DNA from: Octopus sinensis
Taxonomy: Eukaryota
Assembly: GCF_006345805.1 (NCBI RefSeq)
Contig: NW_021835200.1
Location: 1 to 41,998 of the forward strand
Length of the DNA stretch: 41,998 nucleotides
Direction of reading: 5' to 3'
In this document: positions 12,937-25,012 of the stretch, piece after piece
Layout: every line of letters begins with the position of its first letter
How positions within the stretch are numbered: the first letter of the stretch is position 1
Made by a program: the position numbers and the translations under genes
The notes under the pieces: model-generated
What the model saw: the letters and a program-made list of their open reading frames with translations, nothing else
What the model was told of the DNA's origin: nothing
Database searches by the model: none

Positions 12937-13695
12937 TGAACAAAGAAAAATAATACAGCAGCCAAACAAAGCCAACACACGAATAAAATAGAATCACAGG
13001 AAAAACAAAAAGATGACCAACACCAAGAGCAAAAATAAACAACGACTATAACGGTAATAACATCCCCTATCTCCGACCAACGAGCCACCAACCAACCAAC
13101 CAGCCAGCCAACTAACCGACCGACCAACCAGTAAGCCAACCAACCAACCAACCAACCAAACTAACAAACCAACAAACAACCACTGCTATCGCCACCGCGA
13201 CCGCACGAAATAAACGAACAAAAGCGAAAGAACATGAGCGATTTGAAGAACAAATTCATCCGAGTTGTAAAACAACTCAGAACGAGGCTGACCGCCTTTC
13301 AACAAGTTGTTCGTAACATTCTTTATCTTTGCAACATAAGTGCGCTTAACTTCTCAATTTTTACAGTCTGCTTTCAGTTTTCTTTTCTATTTCTTCGTCT
13401 CCCCTCTTCCTTACACCGGATTGTTATTCAGAAGCGGCTGCCTATTTATTTGACACGGTGCCTGATATCGCCTTCCATCTTTATTGAATCCACCAAAACT
13501 ATTAGTAACACGACCACCACTTTCTAGTACAACAACGGTCACAACGACTACCAGTATTGCTACGTCCAACACAACCAGTATCACAGCGGCTTCTTTGCAA
13601 ATGTTTTTGATTCAAATATTTTCTATCGTTCTTTTCATCTTTTTCTTTCTCGGTTACTTTCTTCATTTACGTACAAACACACGTATGTGTGTGTG

Positions 13696-14260
13696 TCATT
13701 ATTAAGTTTATTTCAAGATTTCTTGCCCATAGAGAAAGAAACGGTTTCTAACCTAGATCCAAGGCTCCTTCATGGGATTTTCAACATCAACAACAGGGTA
13801 TTTTTGTTTGTTTGTATGTATGTATGTATGTGCAGATTTGCATGTTTTATGTATGTATTCTCATGCATATAGTTGCATATCTGGACATGCTGATATATAT
13901 TTAAATGACAGACTTCTTGGAAGTTTTACAGATGCTTACAGTTCCAGTGATGGATTGTATCTTTAGTCATCGAATTAACTTTTCCTTTCTGGTTTTGAGA
14001 AGCCTAATTTCTCAAGATTGGTATTTAGGCAGTGTGTTACATATCCCAGGGTCCCAATAATTACAGGTATAAACTTGAACTTGTAAACTGGATAGAGTAA
14101 CTGGAAATTTCTCAATAGTTCAGCATAGGTGTTCTCTTTTTCACTGATCTTCAGATTTATGTTAACATCCGCTGGGCAGATAATTTCCACAACTGCGCAC
14201 AGTTTCTCTTCTCTATCCCGAATCTTGTATTTTTCTAACCACATTCGTGTCCAGAGGGCG
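13696..14260 (-). mobile_element. 5'-truncated RLE-type (R4/Dong-like) non-LTR retrotransposon: restriction-like endonuclease C-terminus and 3' UTR
   Basis: REEKLCAVVEIICPADVN..EKENTYAELL..L.YP.YKFKFIPVIIGTLG is typical of the RLE C-terminus; the 3' end recurs at 16438-16511. Confidence 0.8.
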
Positions 14261-14640
14261 GTATGTATGTATGTATGTATGTATGTATGTATGTATGTAT
14301 GTATGTATGTATGTATGTATGTTAGGTATGTATGTATGATGTATGTATGATTGTAGTATGTACGTACGTATGTATGTACGTACGTACGTACGTAGTTGTA
14401 TGTATGTAGGTATGTATGTATGTATGTATGGAGATGTATGTATGTATGTATGTATGCATTGTACGTACTTAAGTATGTATGTATTTGTATGTATGTATGT
14501 ACGTATGTATGAGTACGTATGTATGCATGTATGTATGTAAGTACGTATGTATGTATGTATGTATGTATGTATGTATGTATGTATGTATGTATGTATGTAT
14601 GTATCTATCTATCTGTCTATCTATCTATCTGTCTATCTAT
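14261..14640. repeat. (TATG)n/(TACG)n/(TCTA)n microsatellite
   Basis: Directly visible. Confidence 0.95.
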
Positions 14641-14719
14641 AGAAAGAATTTAACATTAAAATTGAAAGATTACAAAATACTTTTTATAGCATGCATGAAA
14701 AAGTTAATCTTGGCCCTAC

Positions 14720-14925
14720 AGTCCCATCAGACTGGAGTTTCTTGTGCTTTTCATGCTGTACAAGCGATAGGGAACCCCAATGCTCTCAGTCCCCTGACCG
14801 GGATTCCAGTCCGTCACGAGCTTAATTCCCACCCCTGTCGCTAGTCCTGATCTTCTGGTGAGTGGACTGGGACATCAAAAAATGATGTGCTTTGCGCAAG
14901 ACAGCATGCCGTCTGGTTTATTACG
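14720..14925 (-). mobile_element. Old SINE remnant with CORE-like and V-domain-like segments
   Basis: Minus strand TCTTGCGCAAAGCAC..CCAGTCCACTCACC..GACGGACTGGAATCCCGGTCAGGGG..CCAGTCTGATGGGAC; resemblance by eye only. Confidence 0.4.
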
Positions 14926-15194
14926 ATGCAATCTTCTATGGACATATTAATAAAACTCCACCAAAACAGCTGCCGTAAATTTCAAACGCCATCTGTGTTC
15001 ACGCTTAGTACTTACGTCACACAAAGACGCAATCCCGGTTTAAATTGGAATTGTCACTTGCATATCTCCAGTATCACATGATGTCTTCGATGTTGTTTAA
15101 CTCACTGTCAGTTCTATATTATCGTAGCTATCCATTTCTGGTGACCTACATGTGGATGTACAACTAGTCAATTGAATCCTTATAACCAAATAAC

Positions 15195-15371
15195 ATTAAA
15201 ATTACAATAAGAGCATTGAATAATTACAACGCCAGTCTGCTTAGAAGTAGACCCCAAATAGTCCAGGAACCCCTTAGATTATCAATAATCTAAGTGGTTC
15301 CTCGACCATTTGGTGCATACTTTTAGCGGCCTGACGTTGTAATTATTCCATAGTCTTATTGTAATTTTAAT
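15195..15371. repeat. 177-bp imperfect palindrome (foldback MITE-like)
   Basis: Arms pair from ATTAAAATTACAATAAG through TTAGATTA/TAATCTAA around a TCAA loop at about 15282-15285. Confidence 0.75.
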
Positions 15372-15493
15372 AAAAATTAACTATTATGGCATTTTAGTAT
15401 GCTGGCCACTGATAATTCACTAAATAATCACTTTATCCTTATTACGTATATACATACATACATCAACATACATACATACATACATACATACTA

Positions 15494-15549
<56 letters not shown>

Positions 15550-15579
15550 ATATAATATTATATATATATATATATATAT

Positions 15580-15910
15580 ATTGTTTTTACGTTATTTTGT
15601 ATTCTTATCCGTGCTATCGTTATGTTTTTTACGTATTTTTGATTTTTTTCGAGTAACATCGTCCGTTTTTCCGTCACCGTGTTGTATACTTTCGAGTTTT
15701 CTTCCAAGGAATCTAATGCGACTGGCTTAGATTTCCCTTGGCGGGCTGCCCAGATTGGAGCAATCTCAAGATTAATCAGCCGAAATTGCGAAGATGATCT
15801 GGTTCTTGACTGATGACTGAGAGCTTCGAAAGTCCCGTCTGTGTGTTTTTTTGTCGTCTTCAAAATGTTTCACGTTCTTGTCCCAGTTTGTGTTTTTTTT
15901 AACGTTTACA
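15580..15910 (+). mobile_element. Dispersed repeat, probably Penelope-type terminal repeat (family P2)
   Basis: AGCCGAAATTGCGA.GATGATC.GGTTCTTGACTGA.GA is shared with 36300-36415; sits between (TA)n and TATG tracts. Confidence 0.5.
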
Positions 15911-16437
15911 TATATGTATGTAAGTATGTATAGGACAATCAGTAACTTGTCATAGTAATACTCAGAGTTTCAAATACCGGAACTGGAAGCTTCTAGGCAT
16001 TTTTCATCAGTTATTAAGTTATTAAGACAAGAACGCTACATATATGCCAATACACACATACACACACACACACACACACACATTCACACACACACATACA
16101 CATACACATACACAGAGTTAAGCAAAGATAAATACAGGTTCAAATTTTGGCTCAAGGCCAGCAATTTCGTGAGATTGGGTAACATTGACCACAGTCTTAC
16201 ACTGGTACGTACTAACTATATCCATCGTGAAAGGATGGTATCAGTAATAACGGCACTGCTATTAAGGTTTGTTTTTAAGTTCAGTTATAACGAAAACAAT
16301 TTTACGTTAACCTGACGGATTACCCTGTATTTTTGTTTAGTATAAATTTAATATTCTTATACAAACGAAGTTGATAGTGACTTCAAGGTTTCAGCCTGCT
16401 AAGCCATCGTCGTTTATATATTTCACATGTATGAATA

Positions 16438-16511
16438 TCATTAGTCAGTTTATTTCAAGATTTCTTTCCAATAGAGAAAGAAGCGGTTTCTAACCTAGAT
16501 CCAAGTTTCCT
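16438..16511 (-). mobile_element. 3' tip of the same RLE LINE as 13696-14260
   Basis: GTTTATTTCAAGATTTCTT.CC.ATAGAGAAAGAA.CGGTTTCTAACCTAGATCCAAG shared. Confidence 0.8.
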
Positions 16512-16544
16512 TATGTATGTATGAATGTATGTATGTATGTATCT

Positions 16545-16712
16545 TTTACTTGTTTCACTCATTTGATTGCGCCCATGCTGGAGCACAGCCTTTAGTTGAA
16601 GAAATCGACCCCACCTGGACTTATTCTTTGTAAGCTTAGTACTTATTCTATCGGTCTCTTTTGCCGAAACGTTAAGTTACGGGGACGTAAACACACCAAC
16701 ATCGGTTGTCAA
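16545..16712 (-). mobile_element. SINE family A, 3' half
   Basis: Homology to the family A tail. Confidence 0.85.
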
Positions 16713-16724
16713 TACATACATAAC

Positions 16725-16756
<32 letters not shown>

Positions 16757-17004
16757 AATTAGGTGTTTTGAAGTTTTGCATTCGGTAAAATTTTGTTTAT
16801 TTTTAGTAGTTTTGACCGCATTGGTCCCTCTTAGCGTGTTGGTATCTACGAATAGCAGTACCCTCAATATAATATAAATGAATATTTTCAAAGAGGAAGA
16901 ATTTACGGATTTTTTCTCTTACGAGGTTTTTCACGCTGACTACTGATAATTTCTTTTAAAGATTTTATCCTCAATTGTTAATTTATATATGTATATATGT
17001 ATAT

Positions 17005-17220
17005 ATTTCGTTTTTTAATTTGGTTTGCAAGATTATTTATTTGAGTTCGTGCGTTGAAGCATATACACTGTTGTGTCTGAGGGAGAGTCATTTTCTTTTT
17101 GTGCCTTATAATGTAACCCACTCACCGGTAAAATTTCCACTTATTTCTTATTTTTATTTTCCTAAAATTTTCGTTGTGTCTTGCAACCTTTTCAGTAGTC
17201 TTGACTCAGACACAACAGTA
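17005..17220 (-). mobile_element. (TA)n-flanked repeat with degenerate HHR-like motif
   Basis: Minus 17200-17161: CTA-CTGAAAA-G-GTTG..CAAC-GAAA-ATTT-TAG. Confidence 0.35.
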
Positions 17221-17253
17221 TATATATATATATTATATATATAATAATATATA

Positions 17254-17297
<44 letters not shown>

Positions 17298-17357
17298 GGT
17301 GCCCCAGCATGGCCACAGCTCATTGCTGAACTGGAAAAATCAAAATCAATCAAAATC

Positions 17358-17501
17358 ATATACGACGGTCTTTCAGCTTCCGTCTACCAAATCCACACAC
17401 AAGGCTATGGTCAGCTCGAAGCTATAATAGAAGACACCTTCTCAAGGTGCAGTGAGATTGAACCCGTAACCATGTGGCTGGGAAGCAATCTTTTTATCAC
17501 T
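17358..17501 (-). mobile_element. SINE family A, 5' half (diverged)
   Basis: TTCCGTCTACCAAATCCAC..AGAAGACAC..GAACCCG.AACCATGTGG. Confidence 0.8.
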
Positions 17502-17848
17502 CGTGTGCGTATATGTGTTAGTATGAATTGTAAAATTCGTGTTCACTGCCTTCCAGTTTCACCTGACTAGCGACAACCTGTTGGTATTGTGTGTGCAAAA
17601 TTATATATCTGCACACACACAGATACGCGTATTCATACGTACATACGCATTAAATATCCTTCTTTACGCTTATTTTTTTTTCACAGCCCCTTTTAGGGCT
17701 TCTCAAGATTTTAGTTTTATTTTTTCCTTTCCAGAACAAAGAGTTAGCGGTGGTAGTTTCAGAAGGGGGCAAAAAATAATGTGTGTACCTGTCGCTGTAT
17801 GAACGTGTATTTCTGCATGTATATATGTGTTTGTATGTATGTGTGTGT

Positions 17849-17888
<40 letters not shown>

Positions 17889-17994
17889 TGTTGCAGGAGA
17901 CGGAGAAAGACGTGTTGCTCCTTTCACCAACCATCCATCATTTTTCTCGTTACCGCACATACACGCGCCAATGTTTGTCAGTCACACACACACA

Positions 17995-18031
<37 letters not shown>

Positions 18032-18208
18032 ATACATACACCATACAAACACGCGCATCGCCCAAGTTCCCCTAACACCGCCTCCCTTCATATCGTGTTC
18101 CTCTCGACGCCCCCACTTCACTCACTGTCCTTTCTTAGTCGCCGTCCTCCCCACTACCATCACCACCACCACAACGACCACTCTAACTCATTTCCCTAAC
18201 TCCATTTC

Positions 18209-18254
<46 letters not shown>

Positions 18255-18939
18255 CCTCTCGCAACACTCCTCACACCCTCACAGAAGCCAACCACATGGT
18301 TGTCGAAAGACCCAGCACGTGCCGCCACGAATAACGAGGAAAAATAAAAAATACTAAGACACTATTGTATCACACAGAGATACTGCTGTCTTTCACCCTC
18401 TCGCTCTCTCCCCCTCTTTCCCCTCTCTCTACCTATCTATCTATCTGTCTGTCTCTTCCTCCTTTCTCAATCCTTCTCTTTCACATACACACGCACGCAC
18501 ACACATGCACGCAAAAACACGCACGCACACATACAGAGAAAGGTGTAAAACGATCACACACACACACACACGCACACACACACATGCACACAGACACACA
18601 TACACACACACAGACACAGACACACACACATACACGCACTCACACACATGCACACACACACACACACATGCACACAGACACACATACACACACACGCACA
18701 AAGGTGTAGAACGATATATTTTATATATACGTACCACCTTTCTCTATCACCCGTTTGAATAGCTCCCTTGCCTAATTTCTTGTGTAAATTCTTTCTTTGG
18801 CCCCTACTTTCTATACATAAGCATTCATCTTGACGCGTTCGCGCTCCTCCATATACATATACACCGACACATACATGCATACACAAACATGCTAATACAT
18901 ACATACACACAAATACATACATACATACATACATGTACA

Positions 18940-18992
<53 letters not shown>

Positions 18993-19992
18993 GCACTCAC
19001 AATTAAAAGTACATGTTTTATAGCTTTGTATTTCTGTAACTTACAAACACACGCTTACATACATATATTATTGTTTTTCTGGCTTCGGTCATTGGACGGC
19101 TGCCGTGCTGGGACGCAGCCTGTAACATCTATTACTTATGTATCTTTTAATGACCCCTATCTTGTACTTTTTTAAAGTACAAGATTTCGCGACATAATAA
19201 GGACAATAAATGTGACCGGTGTAGACAATAAATCTAAAGATAAACACACACACACACACCACACCACCACCACCACCACCACCACCACCAAACACATAGT
19301 AGTGCACACACACACACATACATACACACACATATACACATATGCGAATATAGGCTCAAAGAATGGTGTGCTAAATAGCACACAAGTTAAATTGTTGAAT
19401 TATTGAACTCAACTTCGCTTTGAGAGAAGGTAAACAAACACTTAACAGCAATCGTAATTGACTCTGAATGAAAAACGCACAAAATCTGAAATCATCACCA
19501 AATTTCCGGAGTTGACATATCATTAAGAATACTCCTTTCACGCGGTCGTTGGCCTCAAATCGCCAGGCCTGGTCGGTGTTTGTGAGAGATGCAGCATTGA
19601 GGATGAATGAAGCCAGTTCAACCTACCCCGGGTGAATGCTATCTCAAGACAAGACAAGAGATCAAGAATACGAATAGTGCTGTGACACGTGTTTCTGCCT
19701 CGCTAGGTTTCATCAGCACAGCAGTTGTCTCACTTACCATGTTTCCAGACAGACAAAAGTTAAGAGAATTTTCAAAGAGTCGAATAACTTCCATAATTAA
19801 AACGTAAATGAGGCTAGAGAGGTCGCCATGCATGGCCAATTTGTATAACAGGGGCTGAGAAAGGTGTAATAAACACGTATATAATACGGTAGCGCGGTAG
19901 GCAGCAAGTCAGTCTCATAATCAAGCATGTATTCAGAGGAATTTGAAGGTCGTAAGTTCGATCTTCACCTACGGCAAAATTTCTTTTTATAT

Positions 19993-20200
19993 GGGTGCAG
20001 GCGCAGCTGTGGGATAAGCTGTTTGCTTCCCAACCATACGGTTCCTGGTTCAGTCCCACTGCGTGACTTCTTTCAGTTTCCGTCTACCAAATCCACTCAC
20101 AAGGGTTTGGTCGGTCCGAGGCTATAGTAGAAGACACTTGGCCAAGGTGCCAAGCAGTGGGAATGAACCCGGAACCATGAGGTTGGTAAACAAGCTGATT
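19993..20200. mobile_element. Two abutting family A SINE head fragments in opposite orientation
   Basis: Plus-strand head about 19993-20066, minus-strand fragment about 20067-20200. Confidence 0.75.
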
Positions 20201-20256
20201 CCAAAATTAGCTGTTATCATCAGAAGTTGTTGAAGAGACGATGATATATCCATACT

Positions 20257-20640
20257 GTGGAGGCGTAATGGCCCAGTGGTTAGGACAGCGGACTCGCGGT
20301 CATAGGATCGCGGTTTCGATTCCCAGACTGGGCGTTGTGAGTGTTTATTGAGCGAAAACACCTAAAGCTCCACGAGGCTCCGGCAGGGGAAGGTGGTGAT
20401 CCCTGCTGCACTCTTTCACCACAACTCTCTCTCACTCTTACTTCCTGTTTCTGTTGTACCTGTATTTCAAAGAGCCGGCCTTGTCACTCTCTGTGTCACG
20501 CTGAATATCCCCGAGAACTACGTTAAGGGTACACGTGTCTGTGGAGTGCTCAGCCACTTACACGTTAATTTCACGAGCAGGCTGTTCCGTTGATTCGGAT
20601 CAACCGGAGCCCTCGTCGTCGTAACCGACGGAGTGCTTCC
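20257..20640 (+). mobile_element. SINE family B, full length
   Basis: A-box TGGCCCAGTGGTTAG, B-box GGTTTCGATTCC; exact 11-bp TSD ATATCCATACT (20246-20256, 20641-20651). Confidence 0.93.
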
Positions 20641-21399
20641 ATATCCATACTAAATAGCGTTGTGGCTTACATTTTTTTTCAAATGCAGTATTATTTGAGC
20701 GTTACGTCTCCTCTTTACTTATTTTTCCCAAATCAGTTACGCTTTATAAACATTTGAGGCTTTTTTCCGTAAGGGTTGGGCGATAAATCAATAGATTGAG
20801 GGTAAAGAGATAAACGTCTAGGTGCTAGCCATTGTACTTTTCATCTTGAAAATTCAATTATGTAGCTTTACTTATATATGTCAGGTCATTTGTGAGCGCT
20901 ACTGGTAACATGTAATCCACTACAACCTGTGGCATGGTCGGGCCGTCGGCGACAAAACTGGCAGTCCTCACTAAGCTTGCTTAGTGAAGAGAGTGACTGA
21001 GACACCCCGCAGGACGAAAAACAAAATCTGTCAAAGGGCGGATGAACCCATTAACGTCAATGGCCATCCAAACTGTCCATATGATTCATCCTGGTATTTC
21101 TCATAGACAGCGGTAATTTCCTGCAAGAAGCATTGAGAACCTGGTGACTCTGATGCAGAAAATACAGTGGCTGCGCAGAGAATTGAGACGTTTTCAACAA
21201 TGGGTTAGCTCAACAGGCTCAGACAGTAGAGAACCATGAGAATGAATATGTAGGTATGATGTACCATATTACTGGGAGTGAGTGACCCCTAGTCCTTGTT
21301 AGGGCATCACTTTAGAAGGAAAGCTCCACTGTAAAACCAGTAACTCAGTGACAGCCAATGATGTTGATTAGTTCTTTTTGAGATATCTGTCGTCACCTT

Positions 21400-22010
21400 A
21401 CTATAAAAGCAGGTAGTAATTTTACCTTGTCCTTATTCTTAGTGCAAGTTTTGAAGAGTGCTGTTCGATTTTAACAGTTATTTTTTCAAAGCTATAATGA
21501 AACTGTCAAAGGAGCATATTTGGCATAATAACTGTTGAGGAACTAGCAGAGAAGCTTGGATCTGGTCATTCAATCATTCATCGACACCAGTACTGGAAGA
21601 AAAACGACCGTCTTTGGTTTCAAGACGAAAGGTGTTCTTCCATCAGGATAATGCTCGACCATATACAGCGAGGATGACACTCCAAAAGCTGGAACAGTTT
21701 GAAACGATGCCCTGCTCATCATATTCGCCGGACATTGCCCCATCTGATTATCATTTATTCCTCAGTCTTCAAAATGATTTGGACGGAAAAAAATATGAAT
21801 TCTGTAGACGAGGTCAGAATAGTATTGGAGGAGTATTTTCATCATGGACAAGTGAATTTTGGAAGAAGAGCCTTGCAAGTCTACCAGATAGCTGGAAGAG
21901 TATTGTAGAAAATGAAGGAGAGAATATTTTAGATAAAAAAAAAAAGAACTTTGTCTTAATTGTGAAAAATAAAAGTATAAAAAAACCGCATTATTTATGG
22001 GATGACCCAA
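21400..22010 (+). mobile_element. Internally deleted mariner (DD34D) element
   Basis: FHQDNARP, YSPDIAPSDYHLF, LP..WK.IVENEG; right TIR AAAACCGCATTATTTATGGGATGACCCAA then TA; left TIR not seen. Confidence 0.88.
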
Positions 22011-22618
22011 TATATTTATGAATTAGCATGTGGTTAAATTGCTCAACCAACGATAAAGCAAGACCCACACTTCAATGACTGAAAAAATTTCGGAGAATAA
22101 TCTATATCGTACATATATATGTGGCTGTGTACGCGTGCGCATTTGTGTGTGTGCGTGAGAGAAGGAGAGTGCATGTACACTTATATCCATCTTTCAGGTT
22201 CTTTCTTACCTATGTACCCATTCTATCCCTTTGTCACCCTTCAACGCCATTACAATATCCTTCACTTCTCTTCCTCTAAATCTGTCTAAAAATCTGTGAT
22301 AATGAGTTTTTACCTTTATACTCTCTTTCCTTCTTCCCTAGCTTCCCCCTCCAGCTTCTCTTCTCTCTCCCTTCTCCCCCTCCCTCTCCCCCTCTCTCTC
22401 TTTCTCTTTTCCTCTCTCGCGGTCTTCCGTTCAGTTTTATCTATCTTATTGCCTTTTCTTTCTTCTGTTCAAACTTACGACCTTTTTCCTTTTATACGTA
22501 TATTCTTATCTTTCACACCTATTTCCACCCATCGCGTCTTTTGTAGCACGTGCCACTTTTATGCACAACCCTACCCAATTTTTTATTGACTACATACATA
22601 CATACATACATACATACA

Positions 22619-22652
<34 letters not shown>

Positions 22653-22984
22653 CACACGCACATATACCTTTTATTCATTATTCTCTTTCTTTGCTGTCTG
22701 GAACCATTCATTTGTTTCTTTCTGTCTGTCTTTGGTTTTGCCTTCCTCGTTTCGTTGAAAGAATATTCTCCCATACAATAGCTTCCTTCTTTCATCCATC
22801 CACACAAAACGCGATAAAAAACACGTGTCTCTAAGTGTTTATTTCAGGTGCTAGAAATAGCAGCCAACTTTTCCCCGTATCGAACCCTCCTATCGTAAGA
22901 GAGAAAGGGTAGTGGAGAAAATATTTATGTACAATGTTGTGTTAGGTATGATAGTATGATTCCCTCAGTTACCAATATATATTA

Positions 22985-23024
<40 letters not shown>

Positions 23025-23081
23025 TATATATATTTATATAATAACATTTAATATATAATATATGCATACATACATAGATAT

Positions 23082-23330
23082 ATGTACATACCTACATCTA
23101 TATGTATATATACATGCATATATGAGTACAGGACACCACAAATAAACGTAGAACACAACGAGAAACGAAAACATAAAACCAAGCAAGGAAACGGACTTTT
23201 TTTAACAACGAAAAAACAGAGTACAAGACAAACAACACAAGGAACATTCCACTTCTTCAGCTGCCCCTGTTTCGACTCAATGCGTGTTTCGAAGGTAAGT
23301 AGTTCTGCCCTTACCTTCGAAACATGTATG
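23082..23330 (-). mobile_element. Dispersed repeat family P1 (T/G-rich tail, possibly Penelope-type terminal repeat)
   Basis: Homologous in reverse orientation to 26812-27005; contains hairpin TTTCGAAGGTAAG/CTTACCTTCGAAA. Confidence 0.55.
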
Positions 23331-23334
23331 CATA

Positions 23335-23457
23335 CCGGCCTCCCCTCTCCACGCCACCAGTGTTATCCAAGGGAAAGGCAAAGGCCGATACAGCTTGGCA
23401 CCAGTGACGTCGCAACTCATTTCTACAGCTGAATGAACTGGAGCAACGTGAAATAAA
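23335..23457 (-). mobile_element. SINE family C fragment
   Basis: Matches the middle of 35441-35763 (CAGCTGTAGAAATGAGTTGCGA..GGTGCCAAGCTGTATCGG). Confidence 0.8.
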
Positions 23458-23459
23458 GA

Positions 23460-23714
23460 GGAACGATCTGCACAAATGATTTGTTTATAGTGATCAATTG
23501 CATGTGCTGTACATTAGCTAACTCTCGCCATCAGATCGATGCTGTCTGAACAGGTGCACGGTGTACCACCATACGACACATGTCGAAGTGATCACTGAGC
23601 AATTTGAGATGGTGTGTTTTGCGCAAGAACAACGCACCACCCCGTCTTGGAATCGAAACTACAAGCTCACGATCGTGAGTGCAACACACTCCTAACCACT
23701 TGGCCATACGTCCT
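23460..23714 (-). mobile_element. SINE family D (tRNA head)
   Basis: TGGCCAAGTGGTTAG A-box, GTTTCGATTCC B-box; homologous to 30520-30761. Confidence 0.8.
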
Positions 23715-23800
23715 ATCCTCTCTCTCTCTCTCGCACACTCACATACACAACTATATATACATATATATATATATATTATATATATATATATTATATATAT

Positions 23801-23887
<87 letters not shown>

Positions 23888-23921
23888 GGCCACAGTCAAA
23901 TGACTGAAACAAGTAAAAGAG

Positions 23922-23955
<34 letters not shown>

Positions 23956-23959
23956 TATA

Positions 23960-23995
<36 letters not shown>

Positions 23996-24352
23996 TATAT
24001 ATATATATATATACATATAGTCAACATATGAGAGCCGGGGATTCTCGGTAAAGAAGACACTTTGTAGTGTTCACATGACTCAAACTTAGACTTCGATGTC
24101 TTTACAGGAGATCAATTCCATGGCGTAAAAAATGGCTACAAGAGGGATCAAGTCGAGCAGATCAAGTTGAACAGATATAGGTTGGATCTATGAATATAAA
24201 TATCTACATGTTTATACATAAATATTCGTCGTCTGAATGTCTCCACTTTCTGCTTTCTCTCGTTTTGCATGTATACATATATACCTATATATTATATTCC
24301 ATACCCAAACTGTTATATTTGATATATCATATTTCTTTATCCGCATAGCAGC

Positions 24353-24401
<49 letters not shown>

Positions 24402-24405
<4 letters not shown>

Positions 24406-24630
24406 TAATCATATCAGATTTGCCTCGTGCTTATATGTTTAATCTTGGTGTACCTGTTGACTTCGCCTAGCAAATTAATTTTATTTGCTAAAAAAAGGCT
24501 GAAACCATGGTCCAGGAAATAGATGGTAATTATTTTTATTTTTCATTCCCTTCGAGATTTTGTCCCTAATTAGTAGTTTGGACTTTAGCTGATTCTTCTA
24601 GCGCAAGGAAGTCCTATGATGGACACCTCT

Positions 24631-24632
<2 letters not shown>
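24402..24632 (+). mobile_element. (TA)n-embedded short element with decayed hammerhead; relative of 37231-37476
   Basis: CCTG..GCCT/AGGC..GAAA-CCATGG-TC-CAGG plus downstream motifs shared with 37351-37475. Confidence 0.65.
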
Positions 24633-24660
<28 letters not shown>

Positions 24661-24664
<4 letters not shown>

Positions 24665-24959
24665 CGTGATCGACCAGGCTATCAGATGTTGCGACACATC
24701 GCTGGTCACAATGCGCTTCGCATTGTTTTAGCCTTCAAATGATGCCACTCCGCTGGCTAAGCGAGCAGGCCAACAGAAGAAAGAGTGAGAGAAAGTTGTG
24801 GCGAAAGAGTACAGCAGGGATCACCACCACCCACTGTCGGAGCCTCGAGGAGCTTTAGGTGTTTTCACTCAATAAACACTTACAACGCGCGGTCTGGGAA
24901 TCGAAACCGCGATCCTACGACCGCGAATCCGCTGCCCTAACCACTGGGCCATTGCGCCT

Positions 24960-24963
<4 letters not shown>
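24661..24963 (-). mobile_element. SINE with family-B head and a different 3' tail
   Basis: Matches family B to ..CTCTCACTCTT, then TCTTCTGTTGGCCTGCTCG..GGTCGATCACGGTGA(TA)n. Confidence 0.85.

Positions 24964-25012
<49 letters not shown>

Noticed and set aside
15725-15840. HHR in repeat family P2 (GGCTG..CAGCC-GAAA and a later CTGATGA)
   Set aside because: The core boxes are not in a workable order with paired stems
17161-17200. Functional HHR with core CUGAAAA
   Set aside because: G8A breaks the C3-G8 pair and stems I and III are marginal; kept only as a low-confidence remnant
20890-21360. Possible RTE 5' UTR with an HDV-like ribozyme around GGCAGTCCTCACTAAG
   Set aside because: P3 does not pair and I could not build the nested pseudoknot
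23240-23330. HHR in repeat family P1 (GAAAC..CTGAAGA on the minus strand)
   Set aside because: No NUH site or stem I/III arrangement; only a simple hairpin is supported
24090-24195. Possible small exon after GTCTTTACAG
   Set aside because: Short frames, weak donor, no recognisable product
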